Shown: piece after piece, positions 40,325 through 51,455 of the stretch | Layout of the letters: each line of letters opens with the position of its first letter | Position numbering within the stretch: position 1 is the first letter of the stretch | Assembly: GCA_018992565.1 (NCBI GenBank) | Contig: JACVGW010000008.1 | Location: 1 to 60,733 of the forward strand | Direction of reading: 5' to 3' | DNA length: 60,733 nucleotides | Source: Theionarchaea archaeon | Lineage (GTDB): Archaea > Methanobacteriota_B > Thermococci > Methanofastidiosales > SZ-28-30 | Position numbers and translations under genes: made by a program | Notes under the pieces: model-generated | The model's input: only the letters and a program-made list of their open reading frames with translations | What the model was told of the DNA's origin: nothing | The model's database searches: none

Positions 40325-41722
40325 TCATGACTTTTCACTTTGTGCAGGGTTGTAAATAACCATCACATTGTTCACGTTGGTCCCGGTCGTATCCAAGCCA
40401 TATTCACTTCTCACTCTGATAATTCTTCCTTTTTCTGTGAAAAATCTTCCAGAATTCTCTTCTTTTTCTGCCCTTTCTATTTCTTCCATGCATGCATGAG
40501 CCACCAGTGAAGGGGTAATAACTGCCCCAGCAAAGGAATTGCCGTCCTTCCCATCAGTGGCAATTCCAACGACAAATCGGTTCTCGTATTCAGCGGATTT
40601 TTTCATGTGCTTTGCCATTAAAAGAAGTAAGTGCAGCTGTCTCCCTCCTTCACCGCGCTTGGAGGGGTCAGCACCATAGGTATACTCATGTCCCACGATG
40701 GTGAAGCCAGGGGGAGATTCAAGCAAGCTTGTTGCCAGGCCATCTGTCACAGGACCTTTCATTACCGTGGGGTACACCCTGACCGGGCAATGGCTGTACA
40801 CTTCCTCGATTCTCCTAGCAACTGCCTCACAGGAGGTGAGAGCATCAGCTACTATATACGAATGAATGTGAGAAAAACAGGGGTAACCAGGTTTTGGGGT
40901 TTCAGGTATTGCACCAGCAATTCCCCTGAGGATTCGATCTCGAACTGATTCTGGTACTCTGCCCCATAATCTGTAGGTATCCAGAACGGCCTTAGCATCC
41001 TCAAATGTGCTTACATCAGGAGCCAGAGGTCCAGAAGCTATGACACTTAAATCGTTGCCAGGAACATCAGATAGTACCAGAGATATAGTGGTGGCTCCTT
41101 CCAGCAATCGCGCAAGGTTTCCTCCTTTGATTTCTGCAATATGCTTCCTTACTGTATTAATTTCCTGTATGGCAGCGCCAGTGGAAACCAGCATGTCATT
41201 AAGGTCTGTGCCATCCTTGAATTTTGAACCTGGGAAAAAATCAGCATACAAAGAACTTCCTCCGCCAGACATCAAGACGACGAAAAGACTTCTATCTTTG
41301 GGAAGGTCTTGTATGAATCTTGTTACCTTCTGTGCGTTTCTATATCCTGTGTACGTTGGTGATGGATGCCCTGCCTCCAGAACACGAATTCTGCCGATGA
41401 ATCTTCTCCTAGCTGTACCTTCCTTGACGAGGAGGACTCCCTCAGTCACGAACTTCTCCATAATAGCATTGACTGCTTCTGCCATGGGCTCGGCTGCCTT
41501 TCCAAATCCTATGACAACTATATGGTCATATGCTGAAAGATCATAGGAATCGGTCTCGATTTTCAGTATTGTGCCATCAAGGGCAACAGCCCTCCTGACA
41601 GCAGTATATCCATCAGCGGCCTCTATCGCATGAATAGCAAAATCCAGGAAATTGGAAACATGATTTCTTTCTGATTCTAAAACATGAGAGAGGATCACAT
41701 CCCGGCCTGCAATCTCCGTCAT
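40325..41722 (-). CDS. Glycerate 2-kinase-like (DUF4147/MOFRL)
   Basis: GFGKAA, AGHP, SGGGSSL, EINTVRKH..EIKGG, SDVPG, TDGKDG, TGTNVN. Confidence 0.88.
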   Translation of the reverse strand: MTEIAGRDVILSHVLESERNHVSNFLDFAIHAIEAADGYTAVRRAVALDGTILKIETDSYDLSAYDHIVVIGFGKAAEPMAEAVNAIMEKFVTEGVLLVKEGTARRRFIGRIRVLEAGHPSPTYTGYRNAQKVTRFIQDLPKDRSLFVVLMSGGGSSLYADFFPGSKFKDGTDLNDMLVSTGAAIQEINTVRKHIAEIKGGNLARLLEGATTISLVLSDVPGNDLSVIASGPLAPDVSTFEDAKAVLDTYRLWGRVPESVRDRILRGIAGAIPETPKPGYPCFSHIHSYIVADALTSCEAVARRIEEVYSHCPVRVYPTVMKGPVTDGLATSLLESPPGFTIVGHEYTYGADPSKRGEGGRQLHLLLLMAKHMKKSAEYENRFVVGIATDGKDGNSFAGAVITPSLVAHACMEEIERAEKEENSGRFFTEKGRIIRVRSEYGLDTTGTNVNNVMVIYNPAQSEKS

Positions 41723-41889
41723 GACCTGTCCTTACTATGGGCCTTTTTAAGATATCTGATGGGCAGTCTGGGATAGTCAGTAGCCAACAATCGATGTTGG
41801 TCAATCAAAAGCTGTTCTGGAAGTCATGTGCTCTAGCCATGAGCGTGTACAAGGAATGGGATCCGACTAAAAGAGAAGCCCTCTAAGAA

Positions 41890-42933
41890 TCATTTTTGGC
41901 TTCTTGCGCTTATGTATTTGTTTCCCTTGTATTCAAGTAATTCTATGTTCTCGAACCGTGCATGTTCCAGTAAACTCCTGTACTCAGAGAAAGTGTACAT
42001 AGTTCCTTCTTCACTTGTGGCGTAGACCCATACAGCAGAAACAAGCGGGTATTCCTCTGTGCATCGGGATTCATCAGGCAGAGGCCCACTGACTATGGCA
42101 GTTCCTCCTGGCAGGAGTGCTTTTCTTGCCTTTGAAAAAAGCCTAGTAACGCCTTCAGGCCCATAGAAGTGAGCTATACTCCCCAGGAGTACAACATCAT
42201 AGTCTCCCCCAAAATCAACCGCTTCCCAGTCGCCAGGTACGTATGTCACTTGGCTAGAAACACCCAGACTTTCTGCGATTCGAGCTGCCTCTTCCAATAC
42301 TCTGGGCCTGTCCTGGAGTGCAATTTTTGAAGAAGGGTTCTGCAAGGCAAGGCACAACGTCTCAGCCGCAGTACCGCAGGCAACATCCAGCACATGGATA
42401 TTCTTGCTCTTCTCAAATCCCAGTGCTGGCCAGAGGGCTTCATAGTACTTCATGTAACGGTCAGGAGAAAGACGACAGGGGATTGAATGACCCGCCCACA
42501 CAGCCTCCATCTCAGAATCTGTCCAGTTCTTGACTATAGGTCTCTTTCCGTTTCTTATGGCATCTGCAAGAGTTCCCCGATGTTCCCATGTGAGTTGTGC
42601 TATTCTCACATCCCCCATGTAGGTAGATTTTGTTTTGACGAGATAGAAGTCTGAGAGGGGAGTCAGACAATATCCTCTTGAATCCTTGCAGAGTAGCCCC
42701 ATGCCGCACAGTGCATCCAGAAGTACAGTTGTGCCCACAGGGTCCCATCCTTCTTCCGAAACCATGTCCTCTGCACGTGTGGTGCCGCCCGCAACCTTGT
42801 CCCATACATGGAGCTCAAGGGCGGCTCTGAGAATGGAAATCTTCACATTTACATACCAGAACTCTGTTGAATCCAATTTTGGGATGCCTTTTGATAGCTC
42901 TTCATCATCCATGTACGCAGAACTACCTTCCAT
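41890..42933 (-). CDS. SAM-dependent O-methyltransferase with dimerisation domain
   Basis: AALEL...LLDALCGMGLL, VLDVACGT, LLPGG. Confidence 0.88.
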   Translation of the reverse strand: MEGSSAYMDDEELSKGIPKLDSTEFWYVNVKISILRAALELHVWDKVAGGTTRAEDMVSEEGWDPVGTTVLLDALCGMGLLCKDSRGYCLTPLSDFYLVKTKSTYMGDVRIAQLTWEHRGTLADAIRNGKRPIVKNWTDSEMEAVWAGHSIPCRLSPDRYMKYYEALWPALGFEKSKNIHVLDVACGTAAETLCLALQNPSSKIALQDRPRVLEEAARIAESLGVSSQVTYVPGDWEAVDFGGDYDVVLLGSIAHFYGPEGVTRLFSKARKALLPGGTAIVSGPLPDESRCTEEYPLVSAVWVYATSEEGTMYTFSEYRSLLEHARFENIELLEYKGNKYISARSQK

Positions 42934-43077
42934 TACTTAAACATTACTGAGGTGTACATAAGCGGCCCACTGTAGTCTCTGTTCTGAGTACTATCAGTCT
43001 GCCACTCAACGTCCGGCCACATGTGTAAAACAACGTGATTTCTGGTCACTGGCAACCCACAGGCTGTACGTAGCTGA

Positions 43078-43554
43078 CTATCCAAAGAATCTTGATATCC
43101 AGTCTCCGACAATGTGGGTAAGCACAATCACCACCAAGGCTATGGTCAAGTGCTCTAGTATGGGTTTTAGAGGGCTGATATGCTGATTTCTGGCCAGCCT
43201 GAGATTGAGGAGAACCAACACTACGAGTCCATAGACCACACTGACTCCGATCGCTGTGGATAGTCTCAGCACCAAGACAGGAATAATGAATGTTGATGCA
43301 AATATGAACTTGAAAAAGAATGTGGAGAGAGTTGCTTCCCATACTTCAGTGTATGTATGCTTGTTCTCGGCCTCTTCAGACATATGAATCCCCAGTGCAT
43401 CAGAAAAGGCGTCTGCTATGGCAATGGTTAGGATTCCCCCGATGACAACTGCATCCGATCCTGTACCTGAGTGTAGTCCAACCATGAGCCCTAGAGTGGT
43501 TATGATTCCAGAGGTCAGTCCAAAACTCAACCCTGTTTCAATCGCATGTCTCAT
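43078..43554 (-). CDS. VIT1/CCC1 family membrane protein
   Basis: FGLTSGIITTLGL, IADAFSDALGIHMSEE. Confidence 0.85.
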   Translation of the reverse strand: MRHAIETGLSFGLTSGIITTLGLMVGLHSGTGSDAVVIGGILTIAIADAFSDALGIHMSEEAENKHTYTEVWEATLSTFFFKFIFASTFIIPVLVLRLSTAIGVSVVYGLVVLVLLNLRLARNQHISPLKPILEHLTIALVVIVLTHIVGDWISRFFG

Positions 43555-43728
43555 GCTATCTCTTGTTGTCTGGGCAAGAAAAGGGTTTTGGCTGTACAAA
43601 ATTAAAACATCCGGGTGATATTCCACCAAAAATAGAGTGTATGTATCTCAGTTGCTCGAGAACCTTGAGAGAAGACTGTTTTGATGTGCTTGCTCTGGTT
43701 GAGCAAGGGCTCTTTCTGGAGCAGGTCT

Positions 43729-45978
43729 TTAGCACTTCCATTTCATCCGGGTTATGAAGGCCACAAGATAGCACAGCCCTCCACACGCCAGGACTATTCT
43801 GAACCCGAACGACAGAGCCACAATGACGGCAAGAACTGAACCACATACTGAAGCACACCCATTAACACACCAGGCAGAAGGAACCTGGTTCTCACCGGCA
43901 ACCACAATACCTGCAGGAAAAGGAATGCCCATACAGATAGAGAGAGGTCCCAGCACTCCCAGTATCATCATCACTTTCCATGGCATTGATACGCCCAGTG
44001 CACCATGGATGCCGGCAGGTAATCCTACAACGAGTACTCCCAGGATTCCCAATATCCCCACAAATCCCCAGTTCCACCCAATTCTCTTCGACATGAAGCT
44101 TCCTATCCCGGAAAACAACAAGATGCAGAACAGGACAGCAGCGACAGCATAGACGGGCTGTCCCAATACCAGCATCAACTGCTGAATAAGCGAAATTTCT
44201 ACAGCCATGAACCCCAACCCTATCAAACTGAAGTATAGCAACGTGAACCGATCAAGAACAACTTTCTTTGCAGGGATGACAACCAGGACCAGAGACAGGA
44301 TAACAGCCTGTACCAAAATGGCCACTGCCATGAACCCTCCCTCAAACAAGGGCTGCCACTTCCCCTGCATTGAATCTACCACCTGCCTCACTTTCCTCCA
44401 TTGGAAGAAGTTGAAGAAAAAAGGAGAATCATCAGTGGGAGAGTCAACTGCAAATAAATAGTCCCTTTCAACCTGGGGGTTATTCTCCAGCTGTTCTTTG
44501 GTTAACTGGTAGAAGTACGGTTCGGGAAAGCGATTATACCTATTTACCTCATCCGCACCAAGTCCCGGCGCCCACACCATGTCAAATCCTCTATCGGAAC
44601 AGAATTCCGTAATGCTGTCTATATCACTGTCAGTAAAAGGAGTTTTCTTCACAAGCACTGTGACAGTGGAGTACGATCTGAACACTACCAACTGCGTTTC
44701 GGGGTCAGGTACAGTATCTATAACGAGAGAGACTAGTTTCGGCAGTTCTCGAGGAGGAACTATCAACCACCGGGTGACAACTAACATCCCCTCCTCAGTC
44801 AAATGAGCATAGTACTGCCTAAAGGCCTCTACTGTAAAGGAATAACTCTCATTAAACCCATACAGCCCTACAGAGCTGGTAAATATACTTTCTGACAGGG
44901 AGATCTGGATAATATCAAATCGTTCATCAGCAGATGCCAGAAAGGTTCTGCTATCTTCATGTATTATTGTTACGCCCCCATACAGGTCACTGAATCTCTG
45001 TGCAGTCTCTACAGGTAAAGGATTTCCATTTGCTATGGTGATGTCTGCATTGAAGTATTTGGCAGCTGCAACATCTACTCCTTGGGGGTTGATGATCAGA
45101 ATGCTCTGTGGGTGTTTCAGGTAGGCTGCAGCAGTGGGAAGATATTCAGTGAAGACACCTGGTTCTGATAGGGAGGATATGGAATCTCCGTCTATCGTTA
45201 CCCCTAATTCAGACTCCAGCCCTTTTCCATACATGAGGGAGAGTCCAGGTGCTTGGCGCAAGGGGCTTTCTACAACATCGACTCTGGAGACTGCATTCCA
45301 TTCTGTATCCAGAATTCGGGCCTCAGGATAGTTCAGAGCCAAAGACAGTGACTTGTACGGAGATATGGTAATGTCAAAGAACGTACCAGGTACGAAGAGA
45401 AGTACAGCAATAACTAGAAAGGGAACAATTTTCTGGGTTCTCCTGGCGAAAAACAGAGACCCTGCTGCACCAAGAATTGAGCTCACCAGGACAATTCTGG
45501 ACCCAGCAACAGAAAAGACGAAAATCAGTAAACACCCCACAGCAGATCCAGCCAGGTTGAATCCATAGATCCTTCCTGCATTCCTGGAATCCTGAGAGAG
45601 GTATATGCTGATCACTAGTCCAGCCAACAGAAAAGGCAGTGACAGGACTACATAGTAAATGCTAACATATGAGAGACGCCAGGTGTCTAAGATGATCTTG
45701 TAGGGATCCATCTCAATCCGACCCGATATGAGGAAGCTCGCTACTACAGATAGGGAAAACAGGAGTGAACAGATGAAGGGGGCATTCCTGCTCTTCTTGA
45801 GACGGGGATAGACATTCAACACAGAACCACTGGCAGCAAATCCCAGCAGGGCTATGCTCACCACCATGAAGGCAAAGTGATACCAGCGGGACACAGAAAA
45901 AATCCTGGTTAATGATACTTCAAAGAGAAGGGCTCCGGCTGATATGAGGAAAATGCCGAGATGGGAACTGGAACGCAT
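43729..45978 (-). CDS. Polytopic membrane protein with spermidine-synthase-like SAM-binding domain
   Basis: SIALLG, YGFNLAGSA, W...SRVDV, FTVEAF, PTDDSPFF, MGIPFP, WCVNGCASV. Confidence 0.85.
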   Translation of the reverse strand: MRSSSHLGIFLISAGALLFEVSLTRIFSVSRWYHFAFMVVSIALLGFAASGSVLNVYPRLKKSRNAPFICSLLFSLSVVASFLISGRIEMDPYKIILDTWRLSYVSIYYVVLSLPFLLAGLVISIYLSQDSRNAGRIYGFNLAGSAVGCLLIFVFSVAGSRIVLVSSILGAAGSLFFARRTQKIVPFLVIAVLLFVPGTFFDITISPYKSLSLALNYPEARILDTEWNAVSRVDVVESPLRQAPGLSLMYGKGLESELGVTIDGDSISSLSEPGVFTEYLPTAAAYLKHPQSILIINPQGVDVAAAKYFNADITIANGNPLPVETAQRFSDLYGGVTIIHEDSRTFLASADERFDIIQISLSESIFTSSVGLYGFNESYSFTVEAFRQYYAHLTEEGMLVVTRWLIVPPRELPKLVSLVIDTVPDPETQLVVFRSYSTVTVLVKKTPFTDSDIDSITEFCSDRGFDMVWAPGLGADEVNRYNRFPEPYFYQLTKEQLENNPQVERDYLFAVDSPTDDSPFFFNFFQWRKVRQVVDSMQGKWQPLFEGGFMAVAILVQAVILSLVLVVIPAKKVVLDRFTLLYFSLIGLGFMAVEISLIQQLMLVLGQPVYAVAAVLFCILLFSGIGSFMSKRIGWNWGFVGILGILGVLVVGLPAGIHGALGVSMPWKVMMILGVLGPLSICMGIPFPAGIVVAGENQVPSAWCVNGCASVCGSVLAVIVALSFGFRIVLACGGLCYLVAFITRMKWKC

Positions 45979-46156
45979 GAAAAGATTATGAAATCACCAT
46001 AGAAAAAGGTAGTGTAGCTTGGAGGACCACATCTGTGCATTCTCTTCTTTCTCCTATGGTTCATTGATATGCGAGAATGCAATTATGACTTCAAGATAAA
46101 TTGAAGCATATACAAATCCTTATATATCTTGAACCCAAAGAAAAAGGAGTGATTAC

Positions 46157-47521
46157 ATGAAAAAAAGAATAATCCTCATTACAGGAGTAATAGCAGTTGT
46201 CCTAGCAAGTACTATAGTATCTGGAGATTCTCAGTCCCCTGTGGAAATCACCATCTACAATCAGAATTTCGGGGTAGTTAAAGAAGTGCGAACAATTGAC
46301 CTTACGGAGGGATTGAACACGGTGATGATCCAGGATGTGGCAAAGCTCATTGATCCTACCTCAGTGTCCATCAGAGATTTGACAGGGATATCCTACGTCC
46401 TGGAACAGGACTACCTGTATGATCTGGTAAGTAAGGAAAAAATCTACGAAAAATACCTGGGGAAGAACATCACTGTCATAGACAAGGAAGGGAATACCTT
46501 GAGAGGCTCCCTTCTCAGCTATTCTGGGGATGAATTGATTATTCAGAATGATACTGGGGTGCACATCGTGAAAGGTGAACAGGTATCACTCCCCGAACTA
46601 CCAGAAGGGTTAATTACGAAGCCCACCTTGAAATGGCTACTGGACGCAGAAAAGGCAGGTGCTCATGATATGCAGCTCTCCTACATGACATCCGGGCTGA
46701 ACTGGGAAGCATATTACGTGGCCGTGGTGAATAACGATGATACTGAACTGGATTTGATGAGCTGGGTTACTCTTACCAACAACAGTGGTGCATCGTATAA
46801 GAATGCCCGACTCAAGCTCATTGCGGGAGAGGTCCACAGAGTACAGCCCCAACTAGTGCCAACCTATGCGGAAGAAGAACGAGGGGCTGCCAAGGCTGCT
46901 GATCAATTCCAGGAGGAACCCTTCTTCGAATATCACATGTATACCCTCGACCGGAAAACAGACATCCTGGACAACCAGCAGAAACAGGTGACTCTGTTCG
47001 AAGCACAGAATATATCTGTGAAGAAGGAATATGTCTTCGATCCGGGGTACTCCTATGGATACCAGCAGAACACAGGAACTGTCAAGGTTATGCTGGTCCT
47101 TGAGAATACTCAAGAGAACAACATGGGGATGCCCCTCCCTGCAGGAATCATCAGAGTGTACAAGAAAGACTCTGAAGGACAGTTGCAGTTCATTGGAGAA
47201 GATTCCATTGATCACACTCCCAAGGATGAGAAGGTACGCATCTACGTCGGAGATGCTTTTGATGTGGTGGCAGAGAAGAAGCAGACCCAATACAATCAAC
47301 TGGGAACACGTGGGGCAGAGATCAGTTATGAAGTCTCCCTGAGAAATCACAAGGCAGATGATATCACTGTTACTGTTCTTGATCACTTCTGGGGAGAATG
47401 GAGGATTACTGAGTCATCACATGACTGGAACCAGGAAGATGCCTATACGGCCGTGTGGTACATTGACGTAGCTGCAGATGGAGAGGTTACACTAACCTAT
47501 ACGGTGCGCATGTACTGGTAA
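46157..47521 (+). CDS. Secreted DUF4139 domain protein
   Basis: Signal peptide; ITIYNQNFGVVKE, LSYMTSGLNW...Y, GMPLPAG..RVY, IDHTP. Confidence 0.88.
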   Translation: MKKRIILITGVIAVVLASTIVSGDSQSPVEITIYNQNFGVVKEVRTIDLTEGLNTVMIQDVAKLIDPTSVSIRDLTGISYVLEQDYLYDLVSKEKIYEKYLGKNITVIDKEGNTLRGSLLSYSGDELIIQNDTGVHIVKGEQVSLPELPEGLITKPTLKWLLDAEKAGAHDMQLSYMTSGLNWEAYYVAVVNNDDTELDLMSWVTLTNNSGASYKNARLKLIAGEVHRVQPQLVPTYAEEERGAAKAADQFQEEPFFEYHMYTLDRKTDILDNQQKQVTLFEAQNISVKKEYVFDPGYSYGYQQNTGTVKVMLVLENTQENNMGMPLPAGIIRVYKKDSEGQLQFIGEDSIDHTPKDEKVRIYVGDAFDVVAEKKQTQYNQLGTRGAEISYEVSLRNHKADDITVTVLDHFWGEWRITESSHDWNQEDAYTAVWYIDVAADGEVTLTYTVRMYW

Positions 47522-47808
47522 TTCCTTTTTTATTTCTCCTGTTTCCCTTTTTTTGTCTTTTATTTCTTCAACGGTTTGATGTGGTTGATCCTTCATATAG
47601 TTTTGTTTCCCATTTATTGCTCCTTTTCTCTCTATTTTATTCATGAAGTCTATTCTTTTCGATTTACGGTGGATAATTAATGAATTCGCGTAATCCACGG
47701 CAGAAATTGTGGGTTCTGGATCGGAGAGGTCATGAATGACCGAATTTTCCAGAAAGTATTTATAATACGAGTCCCAATATGCTACATTAGTCATATGGAG
47801 GTGAGCCC

Positions 47809-47952
47809 TTGAAAACGTACAAGTGCGGTGAGAAGCCGGGAATGGGCAGGTATATTTGCACGAAGTGTGGAGAAGACCTGCACTTGGATGAGAATACGGA
47901 TACACTACCACCATGTGCTCGCTGCAATAATTGTGAGTTCAGAAAAGGATAA
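47809..47952 (+). CDS. Small zinc-ribbon protein (47 aa)
   Basis: Below the ORF-track cut-off. GGAGGTGA RBS then TTG: MKTYKCGEKPGMGRYICTKCGEDLHLDENTDTLPPCARCNNCEFRKG; own TATA near 47755. Confidence 0.8.
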   Translation: MKTYKCGEKPGMGRYICTKCGEDLHLDENTDTLPPCARCNNCEFRKG

Positions 47953-48102
47953 TTGGTCTCGGCCAGCAGGAAGGGAAATTCTCTGGTGAGATCATTCTCA
48001 TTGAGAATGCTTGAACTATCAGTACATGAGCCCCTGAGCTACTGCTGGATCGAAATAGGAAAAACACAAAAAAGAAGGGAAGAGAATGTGGGCGAGCCTG
48101 CT

Positions 48103-48892
48103 TTACAGAGACTCTACTACCTTCTTCACTTTGTGGACTACATCCAGTGAGGTTCTTCCCAGAACCCGTACCATAGCTTCTCTGGAGATCCCACCCAGAT
48201 CATAAATCATGTCCGGTACTCTACCCAGATCCTCTATTGCTTTTGCTGTTCCCCAGTCCAGGGTAGACCCTTCCTTTTCCTTGATGTGCTTTGGTTCATC
48301 TTTTCTGGAGAATTCACTGAGTATGAACCCTGCCTTTCTGGCTGCTTCCACCACGTCTTCCCCATAGCGGATGTTCATGGCAGACCGTGTGCCGGGATCA
48401 TACTTCATTGCTGCGAGGACCACTCGTGCCATATGTGACGATGCCCCAAACTCTGGACATCCTACTGCGTCTATGGTCTCTTTGTACCGTACGATTCTCC
48501 CTGGAAATCCTGCCACATCTTTTGTGTCACGTGCATCGGACAAAGCCATCACGAGGTTTGACTGCACTTCAGGTATGACATTTTCAATTCCAAAAGACTT
48601 CNNNNNNNNNNNNNNNNNNNNNNNNNNNNNNNNNNNNNNNNNNNNNNNNNNNNNNNNNNNNNNNNNNNNNNNNNNNNNNNNNNNNNNNNNNNNNNNNNNN
48701 NGCATCAATCTGTTCACCCACAAAATCAGCAGGCATATCATGTATTCCCGAAACACCCACCGTATTCTGGGCAGTCACTGATGTGATGACACTGGTTCCG
48801 AATACCTTAAAGGCAGCGAAGGTCTTCAAATCAGCCTGTATCCCTGCGCCGCCACCTGAGTCAGATCCGGCAATAGTAAGAGCAACCTTCAT
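48103..48892 (-). CDS. thiD: Bifunctional HMP(-P) kinase / thiamine-phosphate synthase ThiD-ThiN, middle in gap
   Basis: N-terminal [26 protein letters not shown]-terminal [24 protein letters not shown] (ThiN). Confidence 0.9.
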
Positions 48893-50091
48893 GAGCTCAC
48901 CTTCATTAAGCCGTAGTAGACTACTGCCGCTACTACCATGCTGGGTATCGAACTGCCCACATTTAAAGGTATCAGCACCTGATAAACCACAGCTCCAATA
49001 ACCCAGGCTCCAATAGCTATCCAGTTAATGGCTCGTTCGGTGAACAGCGAATCATCAGCATACGACTTCCTGATGACAAAGTAGTCTGTGAGCACCACCC
49101 CAAACAGGGGACAGAACATGGATCCGATCAATAAGAGAAATGACTCATACTGGGTCATGGGGAACACCAGGGCCAAAGCAGTGCCCAGAATACCACCCAT
49201 GATGACACCTTTTTTTTCACTGAGGTTCTCCGAGATATTCAGTGCAGAGACAGCAGTAGAATACACATCCAGGAAGGTCGTGGTAAAGGTCGAGAGGAAT
49301 ACGATGAGTAAGGCGGGTACACCCAATCCCAGTGCCAGCATCATGGGGACAGGTTCTGCATTTCCCGTGTAGACTGCAGCTCCCAACCCCAGAATGTACA
49401 TCCAGCTGGATATGATGAAGTACCCAATCCATGTGCCAGCAAAGGCAGGCTTTGTGCTCTTGGCGTATCGCGAGTAATCTGATACCAGAGGGAGCCAGGA
49501 TATGGGCATAGCAATCACCAGGTCCAGAGCTAAGGCACGAGACAGGTCATGTGTTGAGGGCGCCTCAGGTACTCCCTTGTTGAAGACAGCATACGTCATG
49601 ATAACGCATAAGACCAGCAGAGCACTGACAGATATGCGCTGCAGCCACTTCCAGCTCTTGTGGCCCACCAGAGCCCAGGCAGTTGTGACCACACCAGAGA
49701 TGATGATCAATGCTGATAGGTTGGATACCCCAGTGAGACTCTTCATGACCGTATTGGCTGCTTCACCGCAGATAATCAACATGATAGCCGTCCATCCAAT
49801 CAATTGAACAATATTGAGTACAGCAGCCAGATAGCTCCCCTTTACGCCAAATGCAGGTCGAGTGGATACCATGGTGGGGATTCCTTCTTCTGAGCCTATG
49901 ATTCCACCCAGAGCTAGTGGTGTATTTCCAATAATGTGACCAAAAAGGATTACCAGCACACCTGTGGCAACTCCTAAAGGAGCGAGTATGCCTCCTGCAA
50001 GTATTTCAGCCAGAGATACAGCTGCTCCACCCCAGAGAAGAAAAAAATCTAGTCCTGTGAAGTTTCTCTCCTGTGCAGCTATTCTTTCCAT
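48889..50091 (-). CDS. cytX: NCS1-family hydroxymethylpyrimidine transporter
   Basis: About 12 TM segments; [26 protein letters not shown]; thiamine gene context. Confidence 0.88.
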   Translation of the reverse strand: MERIAAQERNFTGLDFFLLWGGAAVSLAEILAGGILAPLGVATGVLVILFGHIIGNTPLALGGIIGSEEGIPTMVSTRPAFGVKGSYLAAVLNIVQLIGWTAIMLIICGEAANTVMKSLTGVSNLSALIIISGVVTTAWALVGHKSWKWLQRISVSALLVLCVIMTYAVFNKGVPEAPSTHDLSRALALDLVIAMPISWLPLVSDYSRYAKSTKPAFAGTWIGYFIISSWMYILGLGAAVYTGNAEPVPMMLALGLGVPALLIVFLSTFTTTFLDVYSTAVSALNISENLSEKKGVIMGGILGTALALVFPMTQYESFLLLIGSMFCPLFGVVLTDYFVIRKSYADDSLFTERAINWIAIGAWVIGAVVYQVLIPLNVGSSIPSMVVAAVVYYGLMKVSS

Positions 50092-50095
50092 ATTA

Positions 50096-50611
50096 TCACC
50101 TCCTGATCAGTACATCGCAGAATTCCTGCAGACTTAGAATGGATTCTCTTTCTCTTTGAGAGAATGGGTCTTCTCCCAGGCTGGTGCCCAGGTACCCATT
50201 CATGATAACCGTGTGTGAGGAAGATATGACATGAACAATGGTCTTTACACTTCCTCGTTGGAGATAGATAGAAATATCATTTATGAAAAGGACGTCGCGT
50301 GGAACATAATTTTGAAAAAGGGATTCTATTCTTTTCTTGTTAGTCTCTGCTAATTGGATTATTTCTCCTGCAGTCTTCCCGGAAAGCCTGGGAGTCAAGA
50401 TATCTGTTGTGTAGTACGCTGTCTCAGGAGAGGTAGGCTGAAGTTTTCCTCCTACTCCTTTTATTGGGTCGGGGGCCATATCAATGACAGCTATATTGCT
50501 GGTCAGAGATTCTGCCTCCTGCAGCAAGGATTGAGTTAGCCACGTTTTCCCGGTATGAACCTCACCAAGTATGAGAGTCTTCTTATTCTGAAGCTCGGTA
50601 AATTTCCACAT
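50096..50611 (-). CDS. Small P-loop NTPase of unknown function
   Basis: LILGEVHTGKT Walker A; VLFIND Walker-B-like; GGAGG RBS. Confidence 0.75.
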   Translation of the reverse strand: MWKFTELQNKKTLILGEVHTGKTWLTQSLLQEAESLTSNIAVIDMAPDPIKGVGGKLQPTSPETAYYTTDILTPRLSGKTAGEIIQLAETNKKRIESLFQNYVPRDVLFINDISIYLQRGSVKTIVHVISSSHTVIMNGYLGTSLGEDPFSQRERESILSLQEFCDVLIRR

Positions 50612-51080
50612 TCGACCTCCTCAGAATTTTCAAGATAAAATAGCCTAATATAGCTCCGGGGATGCAGCTTGCCCCAAAAGCAGTCCAGAAAAACCAGAGG
50701 GTGGGGGCATTCTCCGTGATGAAGGGGGCAATCAGTAACCCGCTCAGCGTTCCACCAATACATACTGTTCCCACAGGTTCAAAAAAGGCTGCTGCATCTT
50801 TCTTTATCAATTTGTATACTAATGAGACTACTAAGGCTCCAAAGGGACTTCCCGAAAAGGCGTGAATACTCCCCATGCCTGTGGAGAACCTGACAGTGGC
50901 TGCAATGAGGGAAGATACGACAGCCCAGGGACCGATTAAGACCCCTGATATGGCATTAATAGTGTGTTGCAGCGGGAATACTCTTGTTGGCCCTACGGGT
51001 ATGGAAATCCATCCTAATGCTGCGCCTAATGCGCCGAATATTGCAATATATGACAGCAACTTGGTGTTCATGATTGTCAC
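50583..51080 (-). CDS. thiW: ECF S-component ThiW (hydroxyethylthiazole)
   Basis: FPLQHTINAISGVLIGP, AFSGSPFGAL, EPVGT. Confidence 0.9.
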   Translation of the reverse strand: MTIMNTKLLSYIAIFGALGAALGWISIPVGPTRVFPLQHTINAISGVLIGPWAVVSSLIAATVRFSTGMGSIHAFSGSPFGALVVSLVYKLIKKDAAAFFEPVGTVCIGGTLSGLLIAPFITENAPTLWFFWTAFGASCIPGAILGYFILKILRRSNVEIYRASE

Positions 51081-51455
51081 CTATTACTCAGTTTTAGCAG
51101 ACTACAACCAGCTTATAAGTATTTGGGTTAGTTGTTGAACACGCTTGTTCTGGAATACTCTTATTCTGGAATAGAATCTGGAATCACAATCCTTTGTGTA
51201 CATCTGGGCATCACCCAGCAGGTCTCTGCACGTGAAGTAGTCCACACGAGAGTGACAAACGCCAGTGTGCGCATTAAATCCAACCTGTCAGCATATTATC
51301 CACACTCTGGCCGAAACTACCGCCTTCAGAAACGTGTACAAGAGTGTAGAGCAGGGAGCCCACCGTACCTGCTTTGTCCAAACCGAATTAGTATCCTTCA
51401 CTGTGCTGCGTGTGAATAGACCGCATTTCATTAGTGCGGTTGGCACGCTACCAGT

